A DNA stretch of 64,000 nt, taken from contig JBCCHT010000037.1 of NCBI GenBank assembly GCA_039028615.1, forward strand, positions 32,001 to 96,000. The letters run 5' to 3'. This DNA is from Myxococcota bacterium. Lineage in GTDB: Bacteria > Myxococcota_A > Polyangia > Nannocystales > Nannocystaceae. Below, in pieces: positions 19,686 to 30,666 of this stretch. The position numbers and the translations under genes are program-made. The notes under the pieces were generated by a model, which saw only the letters and a program-made list of their open reading frames with translations, was not told where the DNA came from and ran no database searches. How positions within the stretch are numbered: the stretch's first letter is position 1; each line of letters begins with the position of its first letter.

Positions 19686-20102
19686 TTATTCGCCGTCGAC
19701 GAGCTTGGTGAAGTCGTCGGTCAACGCTTCGAGCTTGGTCTCGAGATCCTTGTCCTTCGCAGCTTCCATCATCAGCTCGATCTGCAGTCCGGCAACCTTG
19801 ATGCCGGCCTCGGTGCGGACCTTGTTGACGTTGGCGGCGGTCTCCTCGGAAACCTGGAAGCCACGAAGCTCCATGATCTCCTTCATCTTGGGCGCGAGGT
19901 CGCCACGCTTGCTCTTGAGCATCTCGTGAGCAGCCTCGACGCTCTTGGTGTCCTTGCCTTCCTTGACCTTGGCGACGATGTCGTCGGCGAGCTTGTTGAG
20001 CTCATTGACGGTCTCGTTGGCGAAGTCGTCCTTCTTGCAGGCCCCGAGGGCGAGCACGATGGTGAGCAAGAAGGTGTACAGCGTGAGGGTGCGTGCAGCC
20101 AT
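19686..20102 (-). CDS. Small helical lipoprotein
   Basis: LLTIVLALGAC lipobox; strong coding bias. Confidence 0.8.
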   Translation of the reverse strand: MAARTLTLYTFLLTIVLALGACKKDDFANETVNELNKLADDIVAKVKEGKDTKSVEAAHEMLKSKRGDLAPKMKEIMELRGFQVSEETAANVNKVRTEAGIKVAGLQIELMMEAAKDKDLETKLEALTDDFTKLVDGE

Positions 20103-20318
20103 GACGCCAGCCTAGACGCGGTCGTTGCAGTTCGGTTGCACGCAACCGCAATCAAATCGACATCCTTGCCTCGAAGACCCATGCGTCAGCTCACGAGATC
20201 GCCCGGGGCGGCATGGTTTGGCCCGCTATTTCGCCGAATGTGCCAACAAAACGACCCGTGACGGCCCACGGAAGGTCCGTGGGGGATCGGCTCCGAAGTA
20301 GGGGATGAGCCTACGTTT

Positions 20319-22556
20319 TCAGCTCGGACAGGTGCCGCAGCTGTTGGTGCCGATGGCTTCGACGCACATCTCGTCCCACAGCGTGTCGCAGCAGAAGGCA
20401 TCGGCCGCGCACACGCAGCTCTCGACCGAGTTCACCTCGCAGCCGGGCGTGCCGTTGGCGGAACAACACGGTCCGTCGGCGTCGTCGGGCATGCACGACT
20501 CGCCGCACAGGTCCGAGCCCACTCGGCCCACGCAGGTCGAGTCCCACTGGGTCGAGCAGCAGTAGGCATCGTTGGCGCAGACGCAGGCTTCGATGCCGGC
20601 ATCGGTGCACCCGGGCGTGCCCTGCACGGTGCAGCAGTCCTCGTTCATCTCGCCCGTGCTGCCGCCGCCACACGCGTCGCAGTCGTCGGCCGCGATGCCG
20701 GCACACAGGTCGTCCCACTCCGTCTCGCAGCAGTAGTTGTCCTGGGCGCAGACGCAGGTCTCGACATCGGGCTCTTCGCAGCCGGGGCTGTCGTTGTCCT
20801 CGCAGCAGTCGCCCACGCCGCCCATGGGGCCCGCACAGGTCTCGGTGTCGAGGTTCAGGGTGATGCCGTAGCTGCCGATGGGGTCGGAGTCGATGCTGTG
20901 CACCCGCAGCAGGTAGGTGCCCGCGTCGAGGCAGGCGCTGGTCAGCGACTCGCTGGAGGTGAGGCTGTCGGAGCTGACGATCAGCACGCCCGCGTCGTCG
21001 GTGAGCGCCAGGTCGATGTCGGGCGGGTTGTCGCCCTCGAGCGTCGCCCCGATCTGCGTGGAGGCGGTCAGCTCCACCCGGTACCAGTCGTCGTCGTCCT
21101 GGCACAGCACACGCCCGTCGATGCCTCCCTCGAGGGCGGCGGTGGCCAGGCCCTCGGCCGGGGTGCTGTCGGGCTCGTGGTCGTCGTCTTCGCAGTTGCC
21201 CCCCGTGCCGCCGCAGCTGCCCGCGTTGGGGATGCACTGCTGGGCGGTCTGGCCCTCGATGGACTCGACGGGCTCGGGCGAGCACACGTAGTCGTCGGGG
21301 CAATCGTCGGTGCTGGTGCAGCTTTGGCCGCAGTGGCCCCCTTCGCCGCCGGTCGCGGGCAGGCACAGGTCGTCTGCGTCGCCGCACTGCACGTCGAAGG
21401 AGCAGGTCTCGCACAGGCCCGCGCTCTCGTCTCCGCCGAGGGTGACGGACACGCGGTGCATGCCGCTGGCCGGGTCGTCGCTGCGGTGGTCGCAGTCACC
21501 CTCGGCGTCGTCGTCGTCGGTGGCCGACAGCAGGTAGTAAAGCGGCGCGGTGGTGCCGTCGGGCTCGTTGGCCAGGAAGTTCGGCACCGTTGCCCGCCAC
21601 GTGCCGTTTTGCATGTCCCCCTCCACGAGGTTCATGTTGGCCAGCGTGGTCTTGGAAAAATCGATCGGGTCGCCCGGGTCTTCGGTGGCGTAGACCACGT
21701 AAGGCGTGGAGCCGAGCCCCAGGTCGTCCTCGATGTTCGCGGTGATGTCGAGGTCGAGCTTGGTGGTGAAGTCGGTCGGATCGTGCAGGATGAGCGGAGC
21801 CTTGCCCGGGCAGTCGTCGCCGCTGCGACGGCGCAGCACGATGGCAAAGTCCTTGATGACCGGCGGATTGTCGCCGTCGTCGGCCGACAGCGTGAGGTAG
21901 TAGCGGTCGTCACCCTCGACCTGGGCCCGCGAGGGACACCAGCTCCACGTGGCGCTGAGGCCGTTGGACTCGGTGGTGAGCGTGGCACCTTCGATGATCG
22001 GGGCCTGCTGCTCCAGGGTGATCGAGGCCGAGTCCGGGTCGGCCACCTCGATGGCCAGGTCCATGCAGTCGGCCTGCTCGAGGTCGAGCACGGTGCCGGC
22101 CCCCAGCGGTCGTCGAAACACGGGCATGCTGCCGCTGCCCACCGCGCCGCGCACATCGATGGAGATGGTCAGGGTGTGTCGGAAGCGGCCGTCGAACGCG
22201 CTGAAGTCGAACAGCTGGAGGCCGATCTGGCTGGCCAACGGGGTGAACGTGAAGATGCCCTGTCCGGCCGGGGTCTTGGTGATCGCGGTGGTCGTCTCGA
22301 GATCGGGAGCGGTGGAGGCCACCTCGAAGTACAGCTCGTCGCCATCGGGATCGTTGGCCACCAGCTGCACGACCAGCTGCTGACCCACCACCGCGACTTG
22401 GTCGCCCACATCGAGCAGCGTGGGCGGGTTGCCCTTCTTGCACCCGACGTTCGGTGCCACCGCCACGGTGCCGAGCAGCGCGCCAGTAACGCAGCTTCGA
22501 AGGAAAGAGCCTCGCAGCGAAGGACGGGTCACGAATCGAGCGAAGGCACGGCGCAT
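20319..22556 (-). CDS. Large Cys/Asp-rich exported (lipo)protein: Ig/cadherin-like domains, PPC-like domain, three C-terminal Cys-rich repeats
   Basis: Signal ending NVGC; DPDGDEL and DPDS..I-type beta-sandwich motifs; DDDDWYRVEL..DIDLALTD..AGTYLLRV (PPC-like); 3x CC..PGC..CVC..D.YCC...WD..C. Confidence 0.75.
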   Translation of the reverse strand: MRRAFARFVTRPSLRGSFLRSCVTGALLGTVAVAPNVGCKKGNPPTLLDVGDQVAVVGQQLVVQLVANDPDGDELYFEVASTAPDLETTTAITKTPAGQGIFTFTPLASQIGLQLFDFSAFDGRFRHTLTISIDVRGAVGSGSMPVFRRPLGAGTVLDLEQADCMDLAIEVADPDSASITLEQQAPIIEGATLTTESNGLSATWSWCPSRAQVEGDDRYYLTLSADDGDNPPVIKDFAIVLRRRSGDDCPGKAPLILHDPTDFTTKLDLDITANIEDDLGLGSTPYVVYATEDPGDPIDFSKTTLANMNLVEGDMQNGTWRATVPNFLANEPDGTTAPLYYLLSATDDDDAEGDCDHRSDDPASGMHRVSVTLGGDESAGLCETCSFDVQCGDADDLCLPATGGEGGHCGQSCTSTDDCPDDYVCSPEPVESIEGQTAQQCIPNAGSCGGTGGNCEDDDHEPDSTPAEGLATAALEGGIDGRVLCQDDDDWYRVELTASTQIGATLEGDNPPDIDLALTDDAGVLIVSSDSLTSSESLTSACLDAGTYLLRVHSIDSDPIGSYGITLNLDTETCAGPMGGVGDCCEDNDSPGCEEPDVETCVCAQDNYCCETEWDDLCAGIAADDCDACGGGSTGEMNEDCCTVQGTPGCTDAGIEACVCANDAYCCSTQWDSTCVGRVGSDLCGESCMPDDADGPCCSANGTPGCEVNSVESCVCAADAFCCDTLWDEMCVEAIGTNSCGTCPS

Positions 22557-22646
22557 GGGCAGGGCCGCAATTATCCGTGGCCCGCCGCAGCACCGCAAGG
22601 CGACTCGAGTTCCTCCGCCGTCGCGGGCACTGGCATGATGTGAGGG

Positions 22647-25610
22647 ATGGGGGGCACGGGCGACGGTACGACGCGAACCATCGTCCGCATGCCGCCAGAG
22701 CCGATCCCGCGGTCGGAGGCGGGGTCGAGCGCGTTCGCGAACTCGAGCGAGCTGCACCCGGGGCATCGGATCGGTCGCTACGTGTTGCGTCAACGACTAG
22801 GTCAAGGCGGCATGGGCGTCGTGTATGCGGCGCACGACGAGCAGCTCGATCGCACGGTCGCGCTCAAGCTGCTGCGCCCCGATGGCGGACGAGGCGAGGC
22901 CGGGGAGGAGCGACGCCAGCGGCTGCTTCGCGAGGCCCAGGCCATGGCCCAGCTGTCGCATCCGAACGTGGTCGAGGTCTACGACGTGGGGACGGATGCC
23001 GACGCGCTGTACATCGCGATGGCGCTGGTGCAGGGCCAGACCCTACGTACGTGGATGCACGCGGCCGATGATCGGCCGTGGCAGGAGACGGCGGCGATGT
23101 TCGAGCAGGCGGGGAGGGGGCTCGCCGCCGCGCACGAAGTGGAGCTGGTCCATCGCGACTTCAAGCCGGCCAATGTGCTGGTCGACGAGCAGGGCCGCGC
23201 GCAGGTGCTCGACTTCGGCCTGGCGCTGCCGACCCTGGCGCGGCGCAGTGCGGTGGGGCTGTCGACGGGCGGGGCCTCGGCCTCGGACAGCCTCATCATC
23301 GAGCGCTCGTCGACGGCCACCGATCGCTTGGCGTCACCGCTGACGGAGTTCGGGGTGGTGATGGGAACCCCGGCCTATATGGCGCCCGAGCAGCACGTGG
23401 GCGACGAAGTGGGCCCGCCCGCCGACCAGTACGCGTTTTGTGTGGCGCTGTGGGAAGCGTTGCACGGCGAGCGACCGTTCCGTGCCCGCAACGAGAAGGC
23501 GATGCTGCATGCCAAGAGCAAGGGACCGCCCGCCAGCCCGCCGGGGATCGGCGTGCCGCGGGCGGTGCTGAGCGTGCTCGCGCGGGGCATGGCGGTCGAC
23601 GCCAGTCAGCGCTGGCCGAGCATGGTCGACCTGCTCGATGCCCTGTCGCCGCGGGTCCGAAGCACACGACGACGACGCCGCGCGGCGGCCCGGGTCGCCT
23701 TGGGCGGAGCCGCCGCGCTGGCGTTCGCGATCGCATCGCGCCGGTCGGAGCCGACGGTCGAGGGCCCTTGCCGGGAACTCGCCGAGCTTTCGTCGCAGTG
23801 GGACGGCGACACCAAGGCCGAGGTGTCGCGCGTCCTCGCCCGCGGCGGAGAGAGCTACGCGGCCGACACGGCGAAGCGCGTCGAGCAGGGCATCGACGAC
23901 TACGTGAGTCGCTGGTCGGTGGTTCGAGCCGAGGCCTGCGCGGAGCTGCCGACCACCGAGGATGCCCGCGCGCTGCAACGCCGCCGCCTGGCGTGCCTCG
24001 AGCGACGTCGACGTCGGGCGGTGGCGATGGTCGAAGTCTTGGCCGATCCACAGACCGACGCGGTGTCGCGGGCGGTGCCCTTGGTGCACGGCCTGCCGTC
24101 GCTCGAGGTCTGTGCCTCTGAGGATCCCGAAGACGACCGCTTGATGGTGCCCGACGACCCCGCGCTGGCGCAGCGTGTGCGCGAGGCCCAGGCTGAGCTC
24201 GAGGTGGTGCGGGCGTGGCTGGCCGGCGGGCGCTACGACGACGCCCACACTCGGGCGCAGCAGATCCTCGAGGGCGCGCGCGCGCTGAAGCATGCCCCGT
24301 TGATCGACCTGGCGGAGATGTGGCTCGGGGAGACGTTGATGTATCTCGGCCAGTTCGAGGCGGCGAAGGACCACATGGTCGAGGTGTTGCACCGAGCCGA
24401 GGCCGCGGACCAAGACGCCATGGTGGTGGAGCTGTCGACCCGGCTGGTGTTCATCGAAGGCACGAAGCTGGGGCGCCCCGAGGCCGGCCTGCGCTGGGGG
24501 CGACACGGGGAGGCCCGCCTGTCGCGGGGGGCCGACGACGGGTTCGCCGAGGCCCACCTGCGCACGGCCATCGGCTCGGCGCTGACCGACGCCGGCCGGG
24601 TGAAGGAGGCCCAAAAAGAACTCGAGCGGGCGGTCGAGCTGTGGACGGCGTTGGAGGGGGCCGATGACATTCAGACCGCGGCCGCCCGCAACAACCTCGG
24701 GATCGCGTTCTACGGCCAGGGACGCTACGAGCGGGCGATCGTCGAGTACGAGGAGGTCGCCCGCATCCGCCGGCTGACGCTGGGCCCCGAGCACCCGGAC
24801 ATCGCCGCCGTGCTCAACAACCTGGCCAACGCCCGCTTCGAGCTGGGGGAGTACGACCGAGCGTTGAAGGAGCAGCGCGAGGTGCATCGGATCTGGCGGG
24901 CTGCCCTCGGCCCCGACCACCCCAACGTCGGGGCGATCCTGAACAACCTGGGCAACTCGGCCAGCACCCTGGGGCGCTACGAGGAGGCGCTCGACTACTA
25001 CGACCAGGCCAAGCAGCTGCGGGAGCGTGTTCTGGGGCCCGACCATCCCGAGCTCGCGGTCACCCTGCTCAACCTGGGTGGGGTGTTGGGCGACATGAAG
25101 CGCTACGATCCGGCCGTCACCGCGTTGCGGCAGGCCCGAGAGATCCTCGAGCAGCGGTTGGGGGAGCACACATGGACCGCCACCGCGATCGCGGCGCTGG
25201 GGATGGTGCAGCTGGCTCGAGGCGACCACGAAGCGGCCCTGGCCGCGTGTGAACGGGCGCTGAACATGGAACGACAGTTCAGCGGGCCCCAGCATCCGCA
25301 GGTGGCGATGAAGCGGGTCTTGGTGGGAGAGGCTCTGCTGGCGCTCGACCGACCTGAACAGGCGCGCCCGCACTTGGAACGAGCGCTCGAGGTGCTACAG
25401 GCGGGTGAGGTGTCGCCCGACGAACTGGCCAAGGCCCGCTTTGCCCTCGCTCGGGCGTTGGCGGGGCAGGGCGAGCAGACCGAACGGGTGGTGCAACTCG
25501 TCGCACAGGCGCGCGAGGTGTGGGAGGGCGCACCCCTACGACATGCACAACGGCTCGAGGAGCTCGAGGCCTGGCACGCCCGGACCCGGGGAAAGCATGA
25601 TGACCCGTGA
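22647..25610 (+). CDS. Ser/Thr protein kinase with TM segment and C-terminal TPR array
   Basis: LGQGGMGVV, VALKLL, HRDFKPAN, DFGLA, GTPAYMAPEQ; kinesin-light-chain-type TPRs LGPEHPDIAAVLNNLA. Confidence 0.93.
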   Translation: MGGTGDGTTRTIVRMPPEPIPRSEAGSSAFANSSELHPGHRIGRYVLRQRLGQGGMGVVYAAHDEQLDRTVALKLLRPDGGRGEAGEERRQRLLREAQAMAQLSHPNVVEVYDVGTDADALYIAMALVQGQTLRTWMHAADDRPWQETAAMFEQAGRGLAAAHEVELVHRDFKPANVLVDEQGRAQVLDFGLALPTLARRSAVGLSTGGASASDSLIIERSSTATDRLASPLTEFGVVMGTPAYMAPEQHVGDEVGPPADQYAFCVALWEALHGERPFRARNEKAMLHAKSKGPPASPPGIGVPRAVLSVLARGMAVDASQRWPSMVDLLDALSPRVRSTRRRRRAAARVALGGAAALAFAIASRRSEPTVEGPCRELAELSSQWDGDTKAEVSRVLARGGESYAADTAKRVEQGIDDYVSRWSVVRAEACAELPTTEDARALQRRRLACLERRRRRAVAMVEVLADPQTDAVSRAVPLVHGLPSLEVCASEDPEDDRLMVPDDPALAQRVREAQAELEVVRAWLAGGRYDDAHTRAQQILEGARALKHAPLIDLAEMWLGETLMYLGQFEAAKDHMVEVLHRAEAADQDAMVVELSTRLVFIEGTKLGRPEAGLRWGRHGEARLSRGADDGFAEAHLRTAIGSALTDAGRVKEAQKELERAVELWTALEGADDIQTAAARNNLGIAFYGQGRYERAIVEYEEVARIRRLTLGPEHPDIAAVLNNLANARFELGEYDRALKEQREVHRIWRAALGPDHPNVGAILNNLGNSASTLGRYEEALDYYDQAKQLRERVLGPDHPELAVTLLNLGGVLGDMKRYDPAVTALRQAREILEQRLGEHTWTATAIAALGMVQLARGDHEAALAACERALNMERQFSGPQHPQVAMKRVLVGEALLALDRPEQARPHLERALEVLQAGEVSPDELAKARFALARALAGQGEQTERVVQLVAQAREVWEGAPLRHAQRLEELEAWHARTRGKHDDP

Positions 25611-25715
25611 GGGAATTGGCGCGTTGTCGCGCCCGCCCCGATCGCGTCGGGCGGGATGGGTCACGGGGTCCGAGCGCGGGCTTGTGTTAGATTCGCCGGG
25701 CAAAGCCGCTGCCTC

Positions 25716-27056
25716 ATGGCGAATCGACTCGACAAGACGGTGATCGACGAACAGCTCGAAGAGCTGGGGTCTCAAGACGCGCCGAGGGAGGTGCGTCACG
25801 AGGATACCGACCGTTTCGAGTCCCAGAAGACGGTGGCGCGCGGCGGCATGGGTTCGATCGTCGACGTCTACGATCACCGCATGCAGCGGCGGGTGGCCAT
25901 GAAGGTCCTGCACCCGGAGCTGACCGATCGTCCCGGCGAGCTCGAGACCTTCGTGCGCGAGGCCCAGATCACCGGGCAGCTCGATCACCCCAACATCGTG
26001 CCCGTGCACGACATGGGCGAGGACCGCTCCTTGCCCTGGTTCGTGATGAAGCTGGTGCAGGGCAAGAGCCTCGCCCAGATGTTCCGCACGCTCGGGGCAG
26101 GCCCGCTGCCGGGCCAAGAGATCGAGTCGTTCATCAAGGTGATGATCAAGGTCTGCGACGCGGTGGCCTTTGCCCACAGCCGCGCGGTCTTGCACCTCGA
26201 CCTCAAGCCCCACAACGTCATGGTGGGCAGCCACGGTCAGGTCTACGTCATGGACTGGGGCATCGCGGTGCGCTGCTACCGGGACCCCGACGGCCACCTG
26301 CACCCCGTGGACAGCAAGAAGGGGCTGCGCGGCACCGTGGCCTATATGTCCCCCGAGCAGGCGAAGACCGGCATGACCGGCGTCGACGAGCGCGCCGACG
26401 TCTACGGGCTGGGGGCCATCCTCTACGAGTTTCTCACTGGGCGTCCGCCCTTCGAGCCCCGCGGGGTCCTCGAGGACTTGGTGCGCGCGGGCGACAACAT
26501 CGTGCTCGATCCGCTCGAGAGCCCCACGCTGCGGCAACCTCCGCCCGGGCTCGCGGCCATCGCCATGCGGGCCTTGGCCGCCGATCGGGAGCAACGCTAC
26601 CCCGACGTCGTCACCATGCAGTCCGAGCTCGAGGCTCTGATCCGCGGTGGTGGCTGGTTCCGGCTCAAAGAGTTCGGCCCCGGCGATGTCATCGTCGAAG
26701 AAGGCGAGCCGGGCGATACCGCATACATCATCAAGCGGGGGCACTGCGACGTCTTCAAGCGCGCGGGCGAGCGCAAGGTGCACTTGCGGCGCATCGGTCC
26801 CAACGAGGTCTTCGGCGAGACCGCCATCCTCACCTCGGGGCGACGTACGGCCTCGGTGGTGGCGGTCGACGAGGTCGCCGCGCTGGTGGTGACCTCCGAC
26901 GCGCTCGAGCGCGAGATCGAGTCGCGAGGCTGGCTCGGTCCGTTGGTCAAGGCGCTGGCCGGGCGCTTCATCGAGGCCGACGAAGAGCGGGTGAAGCTGC
27001 GGGCCGAGGCCGAGGCGCGAGCCGAGGCCAAGGCGGCCAACGAAAAATCGGGCTGA
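25716..27056 (+). CDS. Ser/Thr protein kinase with C-terminal cyclic-nucleotide-binding domain
   Basis: ARGGMG, VAMKVL, HLDLKPHN, MDWGIA, GTVAYMSPEQ; cNMP domain EEGEPGDTAYII..FGETAIL..RRTASV. Confidence 0.9.
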   Translation: MANRLDKTVIDEQLEELGSQDAPREVRHEDTDRFESQKTVARGGMGSIVDVYDHRMQRRVAMKVLHPELTDRPGELETFVREAQITGQLDHPNIVPVHDMGEDRSLPWFVMKLVQGKSLAQMFRTLGAGPLPGQEIESFIKVMIKVCDAVAFAHSRAVLHLDLKPHNVMVGSHGQVYVMDWGIAVRCYRDPDGHLHPVDSKKGLRGTVAYMSPEQAKTGMTGVDERADVYGLGAILYEFLTGRPPFEPRGVLEDLVRAGDNIVLDPLESPTLRQPPPGLAAIAMRALAADREQRYPDVVTMQSELEALIRGGGWFRLKEFGPGDVIVEEGEPGDTAYIIKRGHCDVFKRAGERKVHLRRIGPNEVFGETAILTSGRRTASVVAVDEVAALVVTSDALEREIESRGWLGPLVKALAGRFIEADEERVKLRAEAEARAEAKAANEKSG

Positions 27057-27156
27057 CGCGTCGCGCGTTCGGCTCTGGCTCCAGGCGGCGGCTCCGACCG
27101 GAGAAAACGCGCGCGAGGCGGTCATCGGGGCCCAAATGGCGCTACGCTCGGACTCG

Positions 27157-29148
27157 ATGCGATCGCACGACCGCCGTCTCCGCCTGGCCCGCGTCGCCAC
27201 CGTGGCCCTGCTCGCGGCTCCGCTGGCGCTCGTCGGCTGCAGCGAGGAGCCCCAGGGGCGGCAGGAGACCGGTCTCGAGGCGCTGACCCTCGATGACGTC
27301 AACCCCAAGATCATCGTGCCGGGTTCACGGCTGAGCATCGACGGCAGCTCGTTCCTCGACCGGCCGCTGGGGGTCTCGTGGCTACGATTGCAGGGCGGCT
27401 ACGGCGGGGCCCCCATCGACGCCTACCTTCCGGCGGAGTTCGTCGACTTCGATCGGATGCGGATCAACGCGACCCCCGACATCCTGCGCCTCATCGGGCC
27501 CTCCACCGGGACCTTCGTCGGCCAGGTGCAGGTGGAGGTCGACTTCGTCCCCGATGGCACTCGCCAGGTGTCCATCGCCCGCACCATGGAGCTTCAGATC
27601 CTCGACCACCTCGAGCCGCAGCTCGACGAGGTCGCGGCCGCCTCGGTCATCTTCGCCAACGAGCCCATCGAGGTGCGGGGCTCCGGTTTGCTGCTCGGCG
27701 GGGACGAGGGCACGACCTACGCCATCGTCGAAGGCTGCGTGCGGTCGCTGGGCAGCGACGCCTGCGAGCCGATCACCCCGGTCGAGATTCCCGTGGTGCC
27801 GGCCGACTCGGGCCTGCGCGATCTCGGCGTCTTTCCGTTCTCTCCGCGCATCGCGGGCATCACCGCCGGCAACTTCGAAGGCACGGTCACGCTGCGCAAC
27901 GAGCATGCCGACGGCGAAATCCGCGAGAGCACGGCCCAACAGGTCGCCTACGAGCTCACCGAGACGGTGGTGACCGCCGTCGGCGATGGCGAAGCGGCGA
28001 CCTTGGGCCGCTACGTGACCGTGGACGGCGGAGGCTTCGTGAGCCGCGACGACGGCGGCCTCACCTCGCTCGTGCTGGACGGCACCTACTTCCCCGACAG
28101 CGGCGGCGAGGCCCCGGTCAGCCTGCAGGTCATCCCCGACTTCGTCGACGGCCGCCAGGTTCGCTACGTCATCAACGAAGAGGACACCTTGGCCCAGGCG
28201 ATCGACATTCGTCAGGCGCGCGGCACCTTCGTCGGCCAGATTCAGCCCGTCGTCGAGTTCGAAGATCAGCAGGTCGAGGGCGCGCCCGCGGAGCTGACCT
28301 TCCGCCTCGAGCCGGTCAAGCAGGTCGTGGTGGTGCAGTTCAATGCCTCGTATACCGAGAGCCTGCGGCTATTCGGGCTCCGGGCGCTCGACCAGCAGAT
28401 TCGCGAGCGGGTGCTGACCGTGCTCGCGCGAGACTACGAGGCGATCAACGTCGAGTTCGTCACCGAGACGCCCACCGACTACAAGCTGTACTCGGTGGTC
28501 GAGATCGCCGGGCCCGATCCCAACGGCCTGGGCTTGCTCGGCTACGACAACACGCCCGGCAAGGATCGCGACAACGTCCGGCTCGACGATCGGATCGGGG
28601 GCGTGAACGCCCAGACCCTCGAGAGCGGGCTGCCCGGCTTCGGCGGCGTGTTCATGGAGTCGCTGTTCTCGTTCTCGTTCCATCCCCCCGCGGGCACGGT
28701 GGGCAGCGCCGACGTGGCGACCGAGAGCTTCGACCAGATCTTCGACCCCCTGCGCCCCGATCGCGGCGGGCAGGCGGTGACCTCGGCCGACTTCGCGGGC
28801 GGAGCCGTGCCTGTGCTCAGCTCTGGCGCCACCTGCCCGGCCACCGCCCGCGCCGACCGGATCGCCTGTGCGGTGTTCGTGCTCGGCTCGGTGGTGGGCT
28901 CCACCGTCAGTCACGAGGTCGGCCACTCGCTGGGCTTGGCCGAGCCGCTCGGCTCCCTCGAGGAGTTCCACAACAAGGGCGACCTCGCCGGGCGCCTGAT
29001 GGACGCGGGCAGTGCTCGCAGCTTCGAAGAGCGCGCCGAGCTGATGGGGGAGGGGCCCTCGCGCTTCTGCGTCGAGTCCTACGAGTATCTGCGGGGCATC
29101 CTGCCCACGACGGATCTGGATCCCCCGGTGTCGCGACCGCCTTGCTGA
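27157..29148 (+). CDS. Lipoprotein with Ig-like N-terminal region and C-terminal zinc-metallopeptidase-like motif
   Basis: LALVGC lipobox; HEVGHSLGL and a downstream LMD (Met-turn-like). Confidence 0.7.
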   Translation: MRSHDRRLRLARVATVALLAAPLALVGCSEEPQGRQETGLEALTLDDVNPKIIVPGSRLSIDGSSFLDRPLGVSWLRLQGGYGGAPIDAYLPAEFVDFDRMRINATPDILRLIGPSTGTFVGQVQVEVDFVPDGTRQVSIARTMELQILDHLEPQLDEVAAASVIFANEPIEVRGSGLLLGGDEGTTYAIVEGCVRSLGSDACEPITPVEIPVVPADSGLRDLGVFPFSPRIAGITAGNFEGTVTLRNEHADGEIRESTAQQVAYELTETVVTAVGDGEAATLGRYVTVDGGGFVSRDDGGLTSLVLDGTYFPDSGGEAPVSLQVIPDFVDGRQVRYVINEEDTLAQAIDIRQARGTFVGQIQPVVEFEDQQVEGAPAELTFRLEPVKQVVVVQFNASYTESLRLFGLRALDQQIRERVLTVLARDYEAINVEFVTETPTDYKLYSVVEIAGPDPNGLGLLGYDNTPGKDRDNVRLDDRIGGVNAQTLESGLPGFGGVFMESLFSFSFHPPAGTVGSADVATESFDQIFDPLRPDRGGQAVTSADFAGGAVPVLSSGATCPATARADRIACAVFVLGSVVGSTVSHEVGHSLGLAEPLGSLEEFHNKGDLAGRLMDAGSARSFEERAELMGEGPSRFCVESYEYLRGILPTTDLDPPVSRPPC

Positions 29149-29167
29149 ACGCGGGCGGGCGCGGACC

Positions 29168-30001
<834 letters not shown>

Positions 30002-30012
30002 GGGCGCGGAGA

Positions 30013-30660
30013 TTAGGCGCCCTTGTCGCCGTCGACGGTGGTGGGCTCGGGCTCGGCGGTCGGCGCCTCGGCGTCGGTGGCCGGAACCTTGGCCTCGGGC
30101 TTTGCGTCGCCCGCGGGCTTCGCGTCGTCGGTCGGGGCGGCCTCGTCAGCCGGGGCCGCGTCGTCGGCCGGAGCCGTCTCGCTGCCTGCGGGGGCAGCGC
30201 CCTCGGCCGGGGCGGGAGCCTCGGCGTCGGTCTCCTCGGCGGGCTTCACCTCGATGCTCGGGGTGAGGGCCGGGGCCGGGGCAGCCGCCTCGACGTCCTT
30301 GGCCTTGGTTCCAGCCTCGGGGAGATTGAGCGGCGTGCCTTCACCGATGCGCTCGTAGTCGATCTCCTCGTCCTCGCCGAAGACCTCTTTTTTGGTGTCG
30401 TCGCTCGCGTCCTTCAGCCGGTCGGACCCGGTGTGGGCCGAGGCGTAGGCGAGGTACACCGCGCACAACATGAAGGCCGCGGCGAGGCCCTGGGTGAGCT
30501 TGGCCAAAAAGTCGGCTCCACCACCGCCGCCGAACACGCCCTGGCTGGCGCCGCCGCCCAGGGCGGTCCCGAGGCCACCGCCCTTGCCGGCCTGGAGGAG
30601 GACCACCAGGATCAGGACGAAGGTGACGAAGACGTAGACGATCTCGATAAAGAGGTCCAT
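30013..30660 (-). CDS. secG: Preprotein translocase subunit SecG with long acidic Ala/Pro-rich tail
   Basis: LILVVLLQAGKGGGLGTALGGG..FLAKLT; canonical position after tpiA. Confidence 0.93.
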   Translation of the reverse strand: MDLFIEIVYVFVTFVLILVVLLQAGKGGGLGTALGGGASQGVFGGGGGADFLAKLTQGLAAAFMLCAVYLAYASAHTGSDRLKDASDDTKKEVFGEDEEIDYERIGEGTPLNLPEAGTKAKDVEAAAPAPALTPSIEVKPAEETDAEAPAPAEGAAPAGSETAPADDAAPADEAAPTDDAKPAGDAKPEAKVPATDAEAPTAEPEPTTVDGDKGA

Positions 30661-30666
30661 GACGGC

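Noticed and set aside
20229..20246. Sigma54 promoter (minus strand TTGGCACATTCGGCGA)
   Set aside because: The -12 GC is not at the required GG-N10-GC spacing.
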